64,000 nucleotides of DNA from NCBI GenBank assembly GCA_965247285.1, contig CBDFHD010000002.1, forward strand, positions 364,499 to 428,498, written 5' to 3'. Made by a program: the position numbers and the translations under genes. The first letter of the stretch is position 1. The number at the start of each line of letters is the position of its first letter. The notes below the pieces were generated by a model. The model had not been told where the DNA came from, made no database searches, and saw nothing but the letters and a program-made list of their open reading frames with translations. This document shows positions 19,408 through 30,308 of the stretch, piece by piece. The stretch is from Candidatus Poribacteria bacterium (GTDB lineage: Bacteria; Poribacteria; WGA-4E; WGA-3G).

Positions 19408-20460
19408 ATGGCAGACAAGACATATCGTGTTGGAATTATTGGGTGCGGTGGCATGGGACGTTCCCATGTGAATAATTGGACAAGTACGGGTCGTGCCGAA
19501 GTTGTCACGGCTTCAGACATTAGCGCGGCGTCCGCGGCGAAATTTGCGGAAGAGTTCGCTCTCCCAACGCACTATACCGATTTCGGTGAAATGTGCGAGA
19601 AAGAGGACTTGGACATCGTCAGTATTACGACATGGCAGAGTGTCCGCGCCGAACCGACTATCGCCGCTGCAGCGAGCGGTGTACTCGGTGTTATTACCGA
19701 AAAACCGATGGCGGCTTCGGTTGGCGATGCGCAGGACATGATGGATGCCTGTGAGAAGCACAGTGTGAAGTTGGTCGTTGGACACCAACGGCGTTTCAGC
19801 CCCCAAAATTGCGAGGCGCGCCGCCTCATCCAAGAAGGTGCCATCGGTCAACCGCAGGCGATGCTTCGTCGCGATGGACACGGATTGTTGAATCGTGGCA
19901 CCCATGAAATCGACGAAATGCGCTACATCCTCGGTGATCCGGATCCGTTGTGGCTTATTGGTCAGGTTGCACGCAAAACTGATCGCTGGGAACGACGTGT
20001 AAGAACTGAAGACCTGTGTATGGCAGAAATCTGCTTTGAAGGCGGTATCCGCGGTATCTACGAAAGCGATTTACCGGAACCCGTGCTCCGAGGCGATGTC
20101 GTCTATGGAGACGATGGGCAACTCCGCCGTGGTAACAACGGCACGATTGAATTGCTCAGTAGCAAAGCCGAAGGATGGCAGGTTATTGAACCCCGCCAAG
20201 GTGAACCGAATCAATTTGATGAGATGTTAGCCTGGATTGAAGGTGATGTTGATGAACACCGCAATGCTGGCAGACATGGACTTTGCACGATAGAAATCCT
20301 GATGGCGATTTATGAATCGTTGCGTCTCCAAGATGTCGTTACTTTCCCGCTAAAAACGCGCCCCAACCCGCTTGACCTTTTGGTTGAAGGTGGAAAGTTA
20401 CCGGTATTTGTTGAGGGACGTTACGATATCCGTGCGCCGTTCCCCGAAGAGACGAAGTAG
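19408..20460 (+). CDS. Gfo/Idh/MocA family oxidoreductase
   Basis: VGIIGCGGMG, EKPMA and GHQRRF motifs. Confidence 0.9.
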   Translation: MADKTYRVGIIGCGGMGRSHVNNWTSTGRAEVVTASDISAASAAKFAEEFALPTHYTDFGEMCEKEDLDIVSITTWQSVRAEPTIAAAASGVLGVITEKPMAASVGDAQDMMDACEKHSVKLVVGHQRRFSPQNCEARRLIQEGAIGQPQAMLRRDGHGLLNRGTHEIDEMRYILGDPDPLWLIGQVARKTDRWERRVRTEDLCMAEICFEGGIRGIYESDLPEPVLRGDVVYGDDGQLRRGNNGTIELLSSKAEGWQVIEPRQGEPNQFDEMLAWIEGDVDEHRNAGRHGLCTIEILMAIYESLRLQDVVTFPLKTRPNPLDLLVEGGKLPVFVEGRYDIRAPFPEETK

Positions 20461-20565
20461 CATAATGGTTGTCAGTCTTCGGCTATCGGTTTTCGGTAGG
20501 AGGTTCTCGTTTAAGAAGACCCTCTTGTAACCGATAACCGATAACTGATAACCGATAACTAATAC

Positions 20566-21429
20566 TCAGCAATCTACCTCTTTTCCTTCACTCCCGTAAA
20601 CATCCATCCGTTCCTGTGTTGTGATCTCTCCGGCACTCGCCGGTTTGTAATGGAGCTGTAGCGCGCGCCGTCGTTGTTCCGATTGGTTGACAGGGCTCCC
20701 GTGATGGGTCAAGCCGTGCCAGAAAAGGCATCCGCCCGGCTTAAGAGGAACCATCGTGTCCCGTGCAACTGGTACATCCGTATCGCAAATCTGCCAATCC
20801 CGTCGTTTGAAATGGATCATCGGTCCCTCGTTATTTGAACCCGGTATGACGTGCAAACATCCGTTTTCAGGCGTGGCTTCGTCTAAGGCGATCCATACAC
20901 CGACAACCGTTGTTCCCTCCGGTAGGTTAAAATAGGCGCAATCCTGATGCCACGCCTTTTCTGAACCGTGACGCGGCGGTTTGACGAGTGCCATGTCTTG
21001 GAACAGCTCAGGCGTATCTCCCATCATTTGGTCAAGCACACCGAGGAGTCCTGAATGGGCTGCCATCGCGTTCAGACGAGGTTCGTAGTCAACAAAACCG
21101 AAGATTTTCCTGATAGCGTCACGGCGTGCTTGACCCTCCAACTCATCCTTCTTCTTGACGAGTTTCGGTTCAAATTGGATCGCTCGGAAATCAGGACACT
21201 TCCCATCCATGAGATGGAGCATACCTGCCAATGCGTCCTCGATTTCGGTAGGACTGAAGGCATCGTTGATGACGAGGTAGCCGTGGCGATGAAAGTATTC
21301 GATGTCTGCCTCGGTTACGGCTGGAAATCCACCAGTAATCCCCTTCGCAGTCGTGTCAAAACGATAGAGATCGAGTGGATATGGGATTTGGGCGATGTCT
21401 GTCCGTTCGCTTGTCGCTGGGGTGTTCAT
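20566..21429 (-). CDS. Phytanoyl-CoA dioxygenase (PhyH) family protein
   Basis: WHQD, WIALDEAT.ENGCL.VIPGS and HGSPVN motifs. Confidence 0.92.
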   Translation of the reverse strand: MNTPATSERTDIAQIPYPLDLYRFDTTAKGITGGFPAVTEADIEYFHRHGYLVINDAFSPTEIEDALAGMLHLMDGKCPDFRAIQFEPKLVKKKDELEGQARRDAIRKIFGFVDYEPRLNAMAAHSGLLGVLDQMMGDTPELFQDMALVKPPRHGSEKAWHQDCAYFNLPEGTTVVGVWIALDEATPENGCLHVIPGSNNEGPMIHFKRRDWQICDTDVPVARDTMVPLKPGGCLFWHGLTHHGSPVNQSEQRRRALQLHYKPASAGEITTQERMDVYGSEGKEVDC

Positions 21430-21458
21430 ACATAAACTCCTTTTTGGCGAGCTACGCT

Positions 21459-22472
21459 TTAAATTTCTCCGTCGCTTTCGCGGGTCATTAGGGTCAGAAA
21501 ATCGTCAACCCGATCGATTGCGGCTTGGGCGCGATCGCGTGCCGATCCGTCCTTCTCCTCTTCAGCCAGCCATTGTCGTCGCTGTGGAAGCCACTCGTTT
21601 TTCAGGTAGTCGAGTTGGTTCAGGAAGTGGGGATCTTCAGTTACACTCACAAAATACTCAATGATGCCGAGTAACCCGTATTTTCGATTTATCTCCATAT
21701 CGTCTAATTCATCCACCATTTGCAGGAAAAGATGTTGATTTCTATCTTGTCGTGCTTGGGCGACTTCACGGGAGGATTCGGTCAGGAGTTTGTCAACGAA
21801 TTCCTGCTTGGAATTAATCCAACGTGGTAGGCTCCGGACGTAGTCCTCCAGGTCAAAATTTCCGCGTTGGATCGCGAAATAGGAGTGGATGTGAATGTTT
21901 CGGAAGAAAGCGGTATAACCAACATTTGGATCCATGGTGTCAGCATCATAGAGGATCTGGTTTTCAATCCTATTATAAAGCAGTTTAAAGTCCTCCGCTG
22001 TGAGATTCATCGGCTTTAGGTGCGCGAGGACAACAGACGTTGCAGCTTCCACGAAATCGGATTCAAAGTCGTACATTCCCAAGATGTTCTCGGTAATGAC
22101 TGCCCCGGATTCGTGATGTACCTTGCCGTGGAGGTTGTGCTTATTGTAAAGCTCGGTAACGACGTTCTGACCAGCAGGGGTGAGTGTCTCGTTTAACCAG
22201 AAACCGCTGTGGTCAAGGACACGTTGTCCGTTGTCGTCAGTCAAGATAACGCCGTCGTATCGTTTGGTGATGTCGTGCAGGGTGCCGGCGACTTCAAGTA
22301 GCTTCACATCGCCACCTTCCCGCTTACCTAGTTCCATGCCCATCGCACGCACACGCATGGTGTGGTTCCATGTATAGTGTCGCCACTGGAAACCTACGCG
22401 GTTGTGTTCCCAGAGTCCGAAGGTGTCATTGACTAATGTTTCCAATTCATTCAAGACTTGGCTGTAGTTCAT
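21459..22472 (-). CDS. HD domain protein
   Basis: NHT.RV, LHDI, HH and DAD motifs. Confidence 0.8.
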   Translation of the reverse strand: MNYSQVLNELETLVNDTFGLWEHNRVGFQWRHYTWNHTMRVRAMGMELGKREGGDVKLLEVAGTLHDITKRYDGVILTDDNGQRVLDHSGFWLNETLTPAGQNVVTELYNKHNLHGKVHHESGAVITENILGMYDFESDFVEAATSVVLAHLKPMNLTAEDFKLLYNRIENQILYDADTMDPNVGYTAFFRNIHIHSYFAIQRGNFDLEDYVRSLPRWINSKQEFVDKLLTESSREVAQARQDRNQHLFLQMVDELDDMEINRKYGLLGIIEYFVSVTEDPHFLNQLDYLKNEWLPQRRQWLAEEEKDGSARDRAQAAIDRVDDFLTLMTRESDGEI

Positions 22473-22658
22473 TTTTTAATTTTTCCTTGCGGTTAAAGTT
22501 CGTGCGTTTCGATTTTGACGGGCGTTGCTTATATCCACCCTCCACTACGTTACGGGCTACGGATTTTGAGTCTATTTCAAGAGGAAACCTTTGTAGGACG
22601 AAACCCTCTTTACTGACTACTGATTGCTGGCTGCTGATTGCCATCCGCCAAATCCGCG

Positions 22659-23438
22659 TCAGGCGTTATATTTGACTTGAATGAGGGACAATCCGTGCGC
22701 AGGGACTGACATCCCTGCTGCGGCTCGGTCTTTGGCATCTAAAATGCGACGGAGTTGCGTTTCAGCGTCTTGGCATTTCATATTTTTGGCGCAGCTTGTA
22801 GGTTTCCAACACTTTCTATTAAGAGTTAAAACGGTACCGGTGATGGCGCGAACCATACCTCGCAGAAACGAATCCGCTTCGATCTCAAAATAGAGGTACG
22901 GTTCTTTTTTCCTCCAGCGTGCCTCATAAATCTCGCAAACGGGGTTTATTCGGTCACTCCCTGCCTTTTGGAAGGAGGAGAAATCGTGTTTGCCGACCAG
23001 CATTTGGCAAAGATCATTGGTTCGCGGGACGTTGATTTCTGTCGGGAAGCAGTAACTTGCTTGTCGCATAAGTACGCTCCGATATTCCCGATTCAAAATC
23101 GTGTAGCGGTATCGCCTGCTTGTCGCACTGAAACGGGCATGAAACTCGGTGGACACCTCTGTTGCGGAACAAACGACGATATCCCGAGGCAGAATCGCGT
23201 TGAGTCCTTTCTGAAATGCGACGATGGGTATCTGTGAATCCGTATGGAAGTTGGCGACCTGCCCCTCTGCGTGGGCGCCGGTATCGGTCCTCCCCGCCCC
23301 GATGATCTGTATCGGGGTTTGGGTTAGTTTTGCCAAGGTCTCCTCGATTGTGCCTTGGATTGTTGGCAAGTTCGGTTGCGTCTGCCAGCCGTGGTAATTC
23401 GTGCCGTCGTATTCAAGCACGAGTTTAATGTTTCGCAT
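22659..23438 (-). CDS. truA: tRNA pseudouridine(38-40) synthase
   Basis: YDGTNYHGWQ, GAGRTDTG.HA, FHARFSA and FLRGMVR motifs. Confidence 0.97.
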   Translation of the reverse strand: MRNIKLVLEYDGTNYHGWQTQPNLPTIQGTIEETLAKLTQTPIQIIGAGRTDTGAHAEGQVANFHTDSQIPIVAFQKGLNAILPRDIVVCSATEVSTEFHARFSATSRRYRYTILNREYRSVLMRQASYCFPTEINVPRTNDLCQMLVGKHDFSSFQKAGSDRINPVCEIYEARWRKKEPYLYFEIEADSFLRGMVRAITGTVLTLNRKCWKPTSCAKNMKCQDAETQLRRILDAKDRAAAGMSVPAHGLSLIQVKYNA

Positions 23439-23959
23439 TGTGTCACCCTGTTGTAGGGTTCGTAGGAGTCTGATAAATAAAGGGTATCACATTCCAGTAT
23501 TAAGTGTCAAATCAATTGTGGAGCGAAGCTTAGACACCTGGATAGAATTATTTAGGTTTCCATTTTTTAGGACGCTTTTGGTCGCCTTGGACCCGATAGG
23601 AGTGGTTGATGGAGATTAAAAATTGAGTTAGGAAATGCGTATGTTTGTAGTAGTGCGATTCATCGCACGTTCTTAAGGTCCAGCTAACGGGCAATAAATG
23701 GTTTCCCTACTACGAACCAGAGGACTTGAAATATAGAAAACTATGGTGAATTCTATAATTATTGGGCATGTAGGAGGGGTTTGCAACCCCGATTGCGGGT
23801 CGGGCTTACAAAGCCCTCCTACAAAGACTACCGGAGAAGTGTCCACTTATTTATAGGGTTTATCATACAAGAACTTGATAATTTCTTTCACGATATGCTA
23901 TTATATTTTTAGTGAGAGACAGTGGCGAATACAGGTCGTGGTGATAGGAGGGATTGTTT

Positions 23960-24769
23960 ATGATCAGCCGACAAGAGATTCAGGCTACTTGTGATGACAT
24001 CGTGCGCGAATTCGCGCCGTTACAAGTGATCCTCTTTGGTTCTTATGGGTATGGCACCCCTACGGAGGATTCAGATGTCGATTTACTCGTCGTCATGGCG
24101 ATTCCGGAGTCGGAGACGCGTCGCCAAGCGTCAGAAATTAGACGGCGCATCCCCCACCGCTTCCCGATGGATTTGCTTGTCCGGTCGCCGGAAGAGATTG
24201 CGTATCGCCTCTCATATAATGACTGGTTTCTTCGTGAGATAACTGAAAAAGGAGAGGTCCTTTATGGCACTGCGGATCCCTTGCAACGTGCGTTTGCGAG
24301 ATGCTCTGTTACACGCCGCGATGCGTTGGAAAAGGAGAAGGATGCAATGAATCCGTTGACATTGGAGTGGATTCAAAAAGCTGAGGGTGATTATACTATC
24401 ATGCACCAGAATTATTACTCATCGAATCCAATACACGATGCCATCTGCTTCCATGCCCAGCAGTGTGTTGAAAAATATCTCAAGGCGTGGCTTCAAGAAG
24501 CGAACATTCCCTTTACAAGGACACACGATTTAGAAAGGCTACTGAGTTTGATTATCCCTACGCTCCCTGATTGGGAAGCTTGGCAAGCCGATTTCTCGAC
24601 AATTTCTGAACATACGGTGGATTTCCGGTACCCGGGCAAAGCGGCGACTGCGGCTGATGTCCAAGACGCTATAAGAACTTGTGTTCGGGTTCGCCGATCG
24701 GTTCGGGAACAGTTGGGATTACCTCCCAATGTAGCAAGCGATGATCAGCTGCTGACCCCTGATGAATAA
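23960..24769 (+). CDS. Fused minimal nucleotidyltransferase (MNT) - HEPN protein, toxin-antitoxin-like
   Basis: LFGSY.YG...DSDVDL, then HAQQCVEKYLKA...THDL...RYP in one frame. Internal AAGGAG RBS before MNPLTLEW. Confidence 0.85.
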   Translation: MISRQEIQATCDDIVREFAPLQVILFGSYGYGTPTEDSDVDLLVVMAIPESETRRQASEIRRRIPHRFPMDLLVRSPEEIAYRLSYNDWFLREITEKGEVLYGTADPLQRAFARCSVTRRDALEKEKDAMNPLTLEWIQKAEGDYTIMHQNYYSSNPIHDAICFHAQQCVEKYLKAWLQEANIPFTRTHDLERLLSLIIPTLPDWEAWQADFSTISEHTVDFRYPGKAATAADVQDAIRTCVRVRRSVREQLGLPPNVASDDQLLTPDE

Positions 24770-24893
24770 CCATTTTTGACTACAACTACCCCGACTTTTA
24801 CCTCTGACCCGAATTGGTCTGAAAAGCGTGGGAAATTCTTGTGTGCGAACGATTTACAGGTATCAGTTGTGCAGATAGGTGTGGTGTTCCGCG

Positions 24894-25874
24894 ATGAAAA
24901 ACGAAACGCAGGTCTATGACATCCAAGAAAGTCAACGCGGGACACGTCTCGATCGCTTTCTTATCAACGCAACGGAAGGGGTATCTCGCACCTATCTCCA
25001 GCGGTTGATTCGCGATGGTGATGTCACCGTCAATGACAAGATCGCTAAACAGCCGAGTTATGTGCTGCGAGACGGTGACCGGGTGTGCTTGACGATTCCA
25101 CCGCCGCGCCCTTTGGACACTGCTCAACCTGAGCGAATTTCGCTCGACATCCTTCACGAGGATAGCCACTTAATCGTTCTGAATAAACCGGCGGGTATGC
25201 TGGTTCATCCTGCGAATGGGGTGAATGTTGGAACGCTTGTGAATGCATTGCTGGCGCATTGCACAGACCTGTCCGGTATCGGAGGTGTGGAGCGACCTGG
25301 GATTGTTCACAGGCTGGACAAGGGGACGTCAGGGGTGCTTGTTGTTGCGAAAACGGATATAGTGCATCGGGAACTCTCTGTTCAATTTGAACGACATAGC
25401 ATCACACGCCAGTATGTCGCAGTGGTGTGTGGTGCTCCTACGGAAACCGCGGGGACGATTGATGCCCGAATTGCGCGGAGCCGAAGGGATCGACGGCGGA
25501 TGACAACGGTCAAAACGAACGGACGGCATGCTGTCACACACTATGAGGTATTAGAGAGGTATCCCCAATTCGCGCTCGTTCAACTTACGTTAGAAACCGG
25601 GCGACTCCATCAGATCCGCGTGCATCTACAACATATTGGGCATCCAGTGGTTGGTGATGCCGTTTATGGTGGCGAACAACGTGCTATGAACGATGCCGAT
25701 ACACCGGAACTGAAACATGTGCTCTCGCAACTGAAGCGTCAGGCGTTGCATGCGCGCTTGCTCGGATTTGAGCATCCAGCAACGGGGGAACACTTGACTT
25801 TTTCAGCAGAGGTGCCGAAAGAAATACAACGGGTTGTGGATGTCTTACAGCAGTCGGAAACCGTCAGCGCGTAG
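24894..25874 (+). CDS. rluD: RluA-family (RluD-like) pseudouridine synthase
   Basis: S4 domain RLDRFL, HRLDKGTSG, GRLHQIRVH and QALHA motifs. Confidence 0.9.
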   Translation: MKNETQVYDIQESQRGTRLDRFLINATEGVSRTYLQRLIRDGDVTVNDKIAKQPSYVLRDGDRVCLTIPPPRPLDTAQPERISLDILHEDSHLIVLNKPAGMLVHPANGVNVGTLVNALLAHCTDLSGIGGVERPGIVHRLDKGTSGVLVVAKTDIVHRELSVQFERHSITRQYVAVVCGAPTETAGTIDARIARSRRDRRRMTTVKTNGRHAVTHYEVLERYPQFALVQLTLETGRLHQIRVHLQHIGHPVVGDAVYGGEQRAMNDADTPELKHVLSQLKRQALHARLLGFEHPATGEHLTFSAEVPKEIQRVVDVLQQSETVSA

Positions 25875-26061
25875 GTTGGGTTGAACGGAAACCCTGAGAA
25901 GTCCAATGCTGATATTCCAAAGGTCCGTCAAACCCGTAGTCTATTATATAACGTGAGTTCGATACTAAAAATCGTGAGTGTGGATGTCGGTTCCATAAGC
26001 GAGTTGTTATGCGGTTTTGGGAGTAAGCATAGGTGAAACGCGACATCATACCCAAAACGCA

Positions 26062-26216
26062 TACCTTTGCTCTGGAAGAGCAACATGTTTATAGCAGCGC
26101 GTTGACTTGGTGCTTCCGCTCCAGAGGAGCGGTATGTTGACCATACATAGCACTCCGCTGGAGTGCCAGAACTTTGGCATTGGGTTTTCTATAAACATAG
26201 CACCCCGCTGGAGTGC
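26062..26216. repeat. Cluster of four REP hairpins of the RAYT-adjacent family
   Basis: CCGCTCCAGAGGAGCGG, GCACTCCGCTGGAGTGC and TTTCTATAAACATAGCACCCCGCTGGAGTGC, in both orientations. Confidence 0.8.
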
Positions 26217-26463
26217 GGGCATTTACCCGTCAACAAATCTGTGATAGACATAATATATAGCGTCAACTTCTTCTAAATCCTTTTATAGTAAAGCCTATAA
26301 TTACTTGGACGCTCTAAAGAGGCGAGGATACAATCCTCGCCAGCGGCGGTGGGGTCGTTGTTCACTGACGAACTGTCCACATATTTTTGGACTTTACTAT
26401 AATCTATATCCAATCTCGTCCATTTCAAAAAACCAATCTACAAGAAGCGAAGGAAATCTATCT

Positions 26464-27450
26464 ATGGAATATGTCAATTTTGGAAAAGCAGGGGTTAAAG
26501 TGAGTCCACTCGCGTTGGGTTTAGGACTCAGAGGACAAAGCAACGCGAATGATGCCCAAAGACTCATTGAACACGCCATCGATTCCGGTATCAATCTCAT
26601 TGATTGTGCCAACATCTATGGACTTATGGACGATCGCGCCAACACCGGTCGTTCTGAGGAGGTTCTCGGTAGAGCGATTCAGGGCAAACGCGATGACGTG
26701 GTGATTACGTCGAAGGTTTTCAGCCAGATCGGTCCGGGTCCCAACGATAGCGGTTTGTCACGATTCCATATTATGCGGGAAGTGGAGCGTTCTTTATCGC
26801 GTCTCAATACCGATCATATTGATGTTTATCTCATCCACGCGCCTGATGAAACGACTCCGCAGGAGGAGACGATCCGGGCAATGGACGATCTGGTGCGTTC
26901 GGGCAAGGTACGCTATATCGGCTGTTGTAATCATCAAGCATGGCAGGCGTGCAAGGCACTCTGGATCGCCGATCGGATTAACGCAACGCCCTATATGTGT
27001 ATTCAGAACATGTATAACCTGCTGAATCGGGATCTGGAGACTGATATGTTCGGTTTGGTACGTGAGGAAGGGTTGGGGGTTATGTGTTATAGCCCGTTGG
27101 CGGTGGGTTTGTTGAGCGGTGTTTATTCGCCAGATGAACCGCCTCCTGCTGGTACTTTGTGGGGGACACGATTACGTGAGGAATTTTCGCAGCGGATGAG
27201 TGGTGCAACCGGACAGGTGGTCACAACCCTCAAGCGACTCGCAGCGGAGTTAGGCAAAACGCCTGCGCAGCTCGCTGTGGCGTGGGTGTTATCGCATCCA
27301 GAGGTTACCGTTGCGATTAGTGGTAGCGACACGATTGAGCAACTTGATGATACACTCGGTGGTGTCGGTTGGGAACTCGATCCAGCGGTTCGGGATGAGT
27401 TGGACGAGGTTTCTCGTTCGTTCGTCCGTCTCATTGCACCAGCAGCTTAA
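26464..27450 (+). CDS. Aldo/keto reductase
   Basis: DCANIYG, GRSEEVLG, SL.RL.TD.ID.Y and YSPLA.G motifs. Start at MEYVNFG. Confidence 0.92.
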   Translation: MEYVNFGKAGVKVSPLALGLGLRGQSNANDAQRLIEHAIDSGINLIDCANIYGLMDDRANTGRSEEVLGRAIQGKRDDVVITSKVFSQIGPGPNDSGLSRFHIMREVERSLSRLNTDHIDVYLIHAPDETTPQEETIRAMDDLVRSGKVRYIGCCNHQAWQACKALWIADRINATPYMCIQNMYNLLNRDLETDMFGLVREEGLGVMCYSPLAVGLLSGVYSPDEPPPAGTLWGTRLREEFSQRMSGATGQVVTTLKRLAAELGKTPAQLAVAWVLSHPEVTVAISGSDTIEQLDDTLGGVGWELDPAVRDELDEVSRSFVRLIAPAA

Positions 27451-27586
27451 TAGCTATCAGCCATCAGCGATCAGCAGTCGGTAAGCGTCGCGACCGTGAG
27501 GTTGCTCCTACAGAAGGAGATCGGTGGTCGGCTTAAAAAACAAAAGAGGCGGATCTTCTCTGGATCCGCCTCTATGTTTTGTGCCG

Positions 27587-28759
27587 TTAGGATACGGTTT
27601 GGTATCGTTCCCACGCTTCGCCTGTGGCGGCGGCTTGGCGTTCCAATTCCGTTCGCCATCCGACGACTTCGCCTGCTTTGATGCGTTGGATGTCAAAGCC
27701 TGCGTAGCGGTCTTCAAGTCTGTCGCCGAGTTTGAGATTTGCTGCCCAGCGGTCCCATGCTGTTTTCATCCATTCATGCGGCAGTGCCTCACGGACGGCG
27801 GGGTCGAGCTGCCATGCGAATCGCGCATCTGCAGCCTTTGGTTCCTCGTCGGAGGGACCGTCCCACTTCGACCAACCGATGGAGAGGGTATTGCGTTCGC
27901 GCTCAGGCACGGTCTGTCCGGTATGGATCGTCGTGCCGTTACGGATGAGTGCCTCGCCTGCCTTGAGCCGAATCGCAACCTGTCCGGGGAGCGGATCTGT
28001 CCCGTTCCAACTTGGTGTGTAGGGAACCCCCTGATCCTTCATGGATTGTGGGAGTAGTACGTCGTGCTCAAGCGGGGTGCGCCATCGATGATGACTACTG
28101 GAAATGAGTTCATGACATTCGTCGTCCGCAAGTGCCAAGAACATACCCACACCGTTCCGTTCGGTAATTCGCTTCTCATTGTCTTCTTGAATTTCTTTCC
28201 ATCGGATCCGTTCGACCTCCTCGGAATAGGCTTTGGGCCCTTCTTGGCGATCTTCTTGTGAGAAGTAACTCTCTCCAGTGCCCCACCATGTTGTGTCTCT
28301 GTGCCATCCGAGTCTATTCTCTTTTTTACGGGGATTGCACCAGAGAAGTATGTTCGTCATGACGAGGTCTTCAAGCTCCGCGCCACACCACGCCTTGACG
28401 AAGCCGGTGAAATCTGGCGATCCGTAAAATTCAGTGAAAACGGGTTCTTTAAATGCTGGATGGATTATGCCTCGGATTGCCCAAGGTTCATTCTCACCTG
28501 CGCGGTGGACATATCCCTTTGAGCAGTCGATGATGTCGTAGCCGCTTTCTGGCGCGCACGCTTGTGTAACCCGTCTGCCTGCTTCTCGGAGGATTGGAAT
28601 CCACGGATTGTCAACGAAGTCGGTGATGATGACGAAACCGTGCTCCTTCAAGTGTGCCAACCTTTCAGGTGTGGCACCGGGTGCCGAGAGTTCGGGTTTT
28701 GAATCCGCAAAAGCCGGGGCGCGGTAAACTTCCTTCGCTTGTGATTGATCGGTACTCAT
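27587..28759 (-). CDS. PhyH-like 2OG-Fe(II) dioxygenase-fold protein
   Basis: GWHRD, HGFVII and IHTG motifs. Confidence 0.65.
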   Translation of the reverse strand: MSTDQSQAKEVYRAPAFADSKPELSAPGATPERLAHLKEHGFVIITDFVDNPWIPILREAGRRVTQACAPESGYDIIDCSKGYVHRAGENEPWAIRGIIHPAFKEPVFTEFYGSPDFTGFVKAWCGAELEDLVMTNILLWCNPRKKENRLGWHRDTTWWGTGESYFSQEDRQEGPKAYSEEVERIRWKEIQEDNEKRITERNGVGMFLALADDECHELISSSHHRWRTPLEHDVLLPQSMKDQGVPYTPSWNGTDPLPGQVAIRLKAGEALIRNGTTIHTGQTVPERERNTLSIGWSKWDGPSDEEPKAADARFAWQLDPAVREALPHEWMKTAWDRWAANLKLGDRLEDRYAGFDIQRIKAGEVVGWRTELERQAAATGEAWERYQTVS

Positions 28760-28922
28760 TATCAGAACTCCTTTTGAGCCTTATGGAAAAGTAGTTGAAA
28801 CTTGGCGTTGTATTATGAGACTCCTTCACAAATTTGTCAAGAATTACGATGTTTTCTATTGAAGGTTTCCAAATCTGGACTCTTTCTGGGGCTGATTGCC
28901 GACTGCTGACCGCTGATAGCTT

Positions 28923-29960
28923 TTAAGGCATCGCAATTGAAAGGACATAACTCAGGATTGTCACCAGGAGCCATGTGCCGACCAGTACGATCCCGAACGG
29001 ACGTTTCAACTGATCGCCGGAGACAAAAATCCCACACCGGAAGATGATTAGGATAAACAGCATCGCAGGGAACAGGAACTGGAAGAACTGACCGTCTGCC
29101 TGCAAACCGCCTTGCGTTGCCGAAGCGGAGACACCGGCGACAAAAAGGACGTTGAGGATATCCGCGCCGATAATGTTGCCGACTGCCAACTCGCCGTGTC
29201 CGCGTCTGACTGCGGTTATTGCCGTCACCAGTTCTGGGAGCGATGTGCCGAACGCAACAAGTGTTGCGGAGATAATGTGTTTCGGGACCCCAAACCTTTC
29301 TGCCATGATACTCACAGTTGGAATCAGAATCTGAGCGGAGACAACGATGATGGCAATTGACCCGATGAGTTTAATGAGCGTTCCGAATGTACCTGATGCT
29401 TCGCCGTCTGCTTCTTCTGTGTCCTCAGCGTCTGACGGTGTTGAACCTGCCCATCGGATGGACTGCCAGATGTATAACGCCAGAAGCACAACGAAGACGA
29501 CACCTACAAGTTGTGGCAGAACGCCGCCTTGCGTGAAGACTTTCGCTGGAGAGGTCCACGGAAAACATCCGAGCACCAAAAGGATGCCGGCACCTACCTG
29601 TACGTTTGACAACCGTGAAGTCAACTGGCGGTTGAGGGGTAGCGGACCGATGAGGGATGCCAATCCGAGAATAAGTCCCGTGTCGCAAATAATTGAACCG
29701 ACTGCGTTGCCGAGCGCAAGTCCCGGTTTCCCTTGTATTGCTGACAGTACAGAGACTGCCGCCTCTGGGGTTGTGGTGCCGATGCTCACGATCGTTGCAC
29801 CGATGACCGCTTTTCCTAAACCCCATCGGGTTGAAAGGAGAACGGCTTCATCGACGAGCCGATCTGCACCTTTGCCGAGTGTGTAAAGTGTTACGGCTAT
29901 TATCGCAAAAAGAGCCAGGCTGGGTAACCCACCAATAAGATCTGTGATCCAGTGTTCCAT
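28923..29960 (-). CDS. Ca2+/Na+ antiporter (YrbG/CaCA family)
   Basis: GTTTPE and GTSLPE alpha repeats, GN..GS/A motifs. Confidence 0.92.
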   Translation of the reverse strand: MEHWITDLIGGLPSLALFAIIAVTLYTLGKGADRLVDEAVLLSTRWGLGKAVIGATIVSIGTTTPEAAVSVLSAIQGKPGLALGNAVGSIICDTGLILGLASLIGPLPLNRQLTSRLSNVQVGAGILLVLGCFPWTSPAKVFTQGGVLPQLVGVVFVVLLALYIWQSIRWAGSTPSDAEDTEEADGEASGTFGTLIKLIGSIAIIVVSAQILIPTVSIMAERFGVPKHIISATLVAFGTSLPELVTAITAVRRGHGELAVGNIIGADILNVLFVAGVSASATQGGLQADGQFFQFLFPAMLFILIIFRCGIFVSGDQLKRPFGIVLVGTWLLVTILSYVLSIAMP

Positions 29961-30061
29961 TAACTTAACCTTTCGAGAAGATACAGGATATTTATTTCCA
30001 AAGGATAGATTAGCATATACCTATGGTGAAGTCAATTAGTTTTCAGTTGTTGATTATTAGT

Positions 30062-30308
30062 GCGTAGGTTGGGTTGAGCGAGCATGGAAAGTTAAACACA
30101 TTTGCCGCGTAAGATTTTGCATTTTCGGAATACTTGAACACTTCTAAATTCCAGCGAAACCCAACACTTTATCATACGCGTGTCTCTTTGATCAAGATGT
30201 TGGGTTTCACTCCGTCCGTGAGGATATATGATGGTATATGGGTTTGACGTGTGTTTGGAACGTCATCATTAGACTTAGCAGAGTCGTTCAACCCAACCTA
30301 CGCGCTGA
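30062..30308. repeat. REP composite element (GTAGGTTGGG family) followed by a CTGAAGA heptamer array
   Basis: GCGTAGGTTGGGTTGAGC...GTTCAACCCAACCTACGC, then (CTGAAGA)n at 30320-30350. Confidence 0.8.

Noticed and set aside
26305-26463. N-terminal extensions in the ORF track (also 15439-16290, 14110, 47015, 58931)
   Set aside because: They run through REPs or intergenic DNA; downstream ATGs match family starts.
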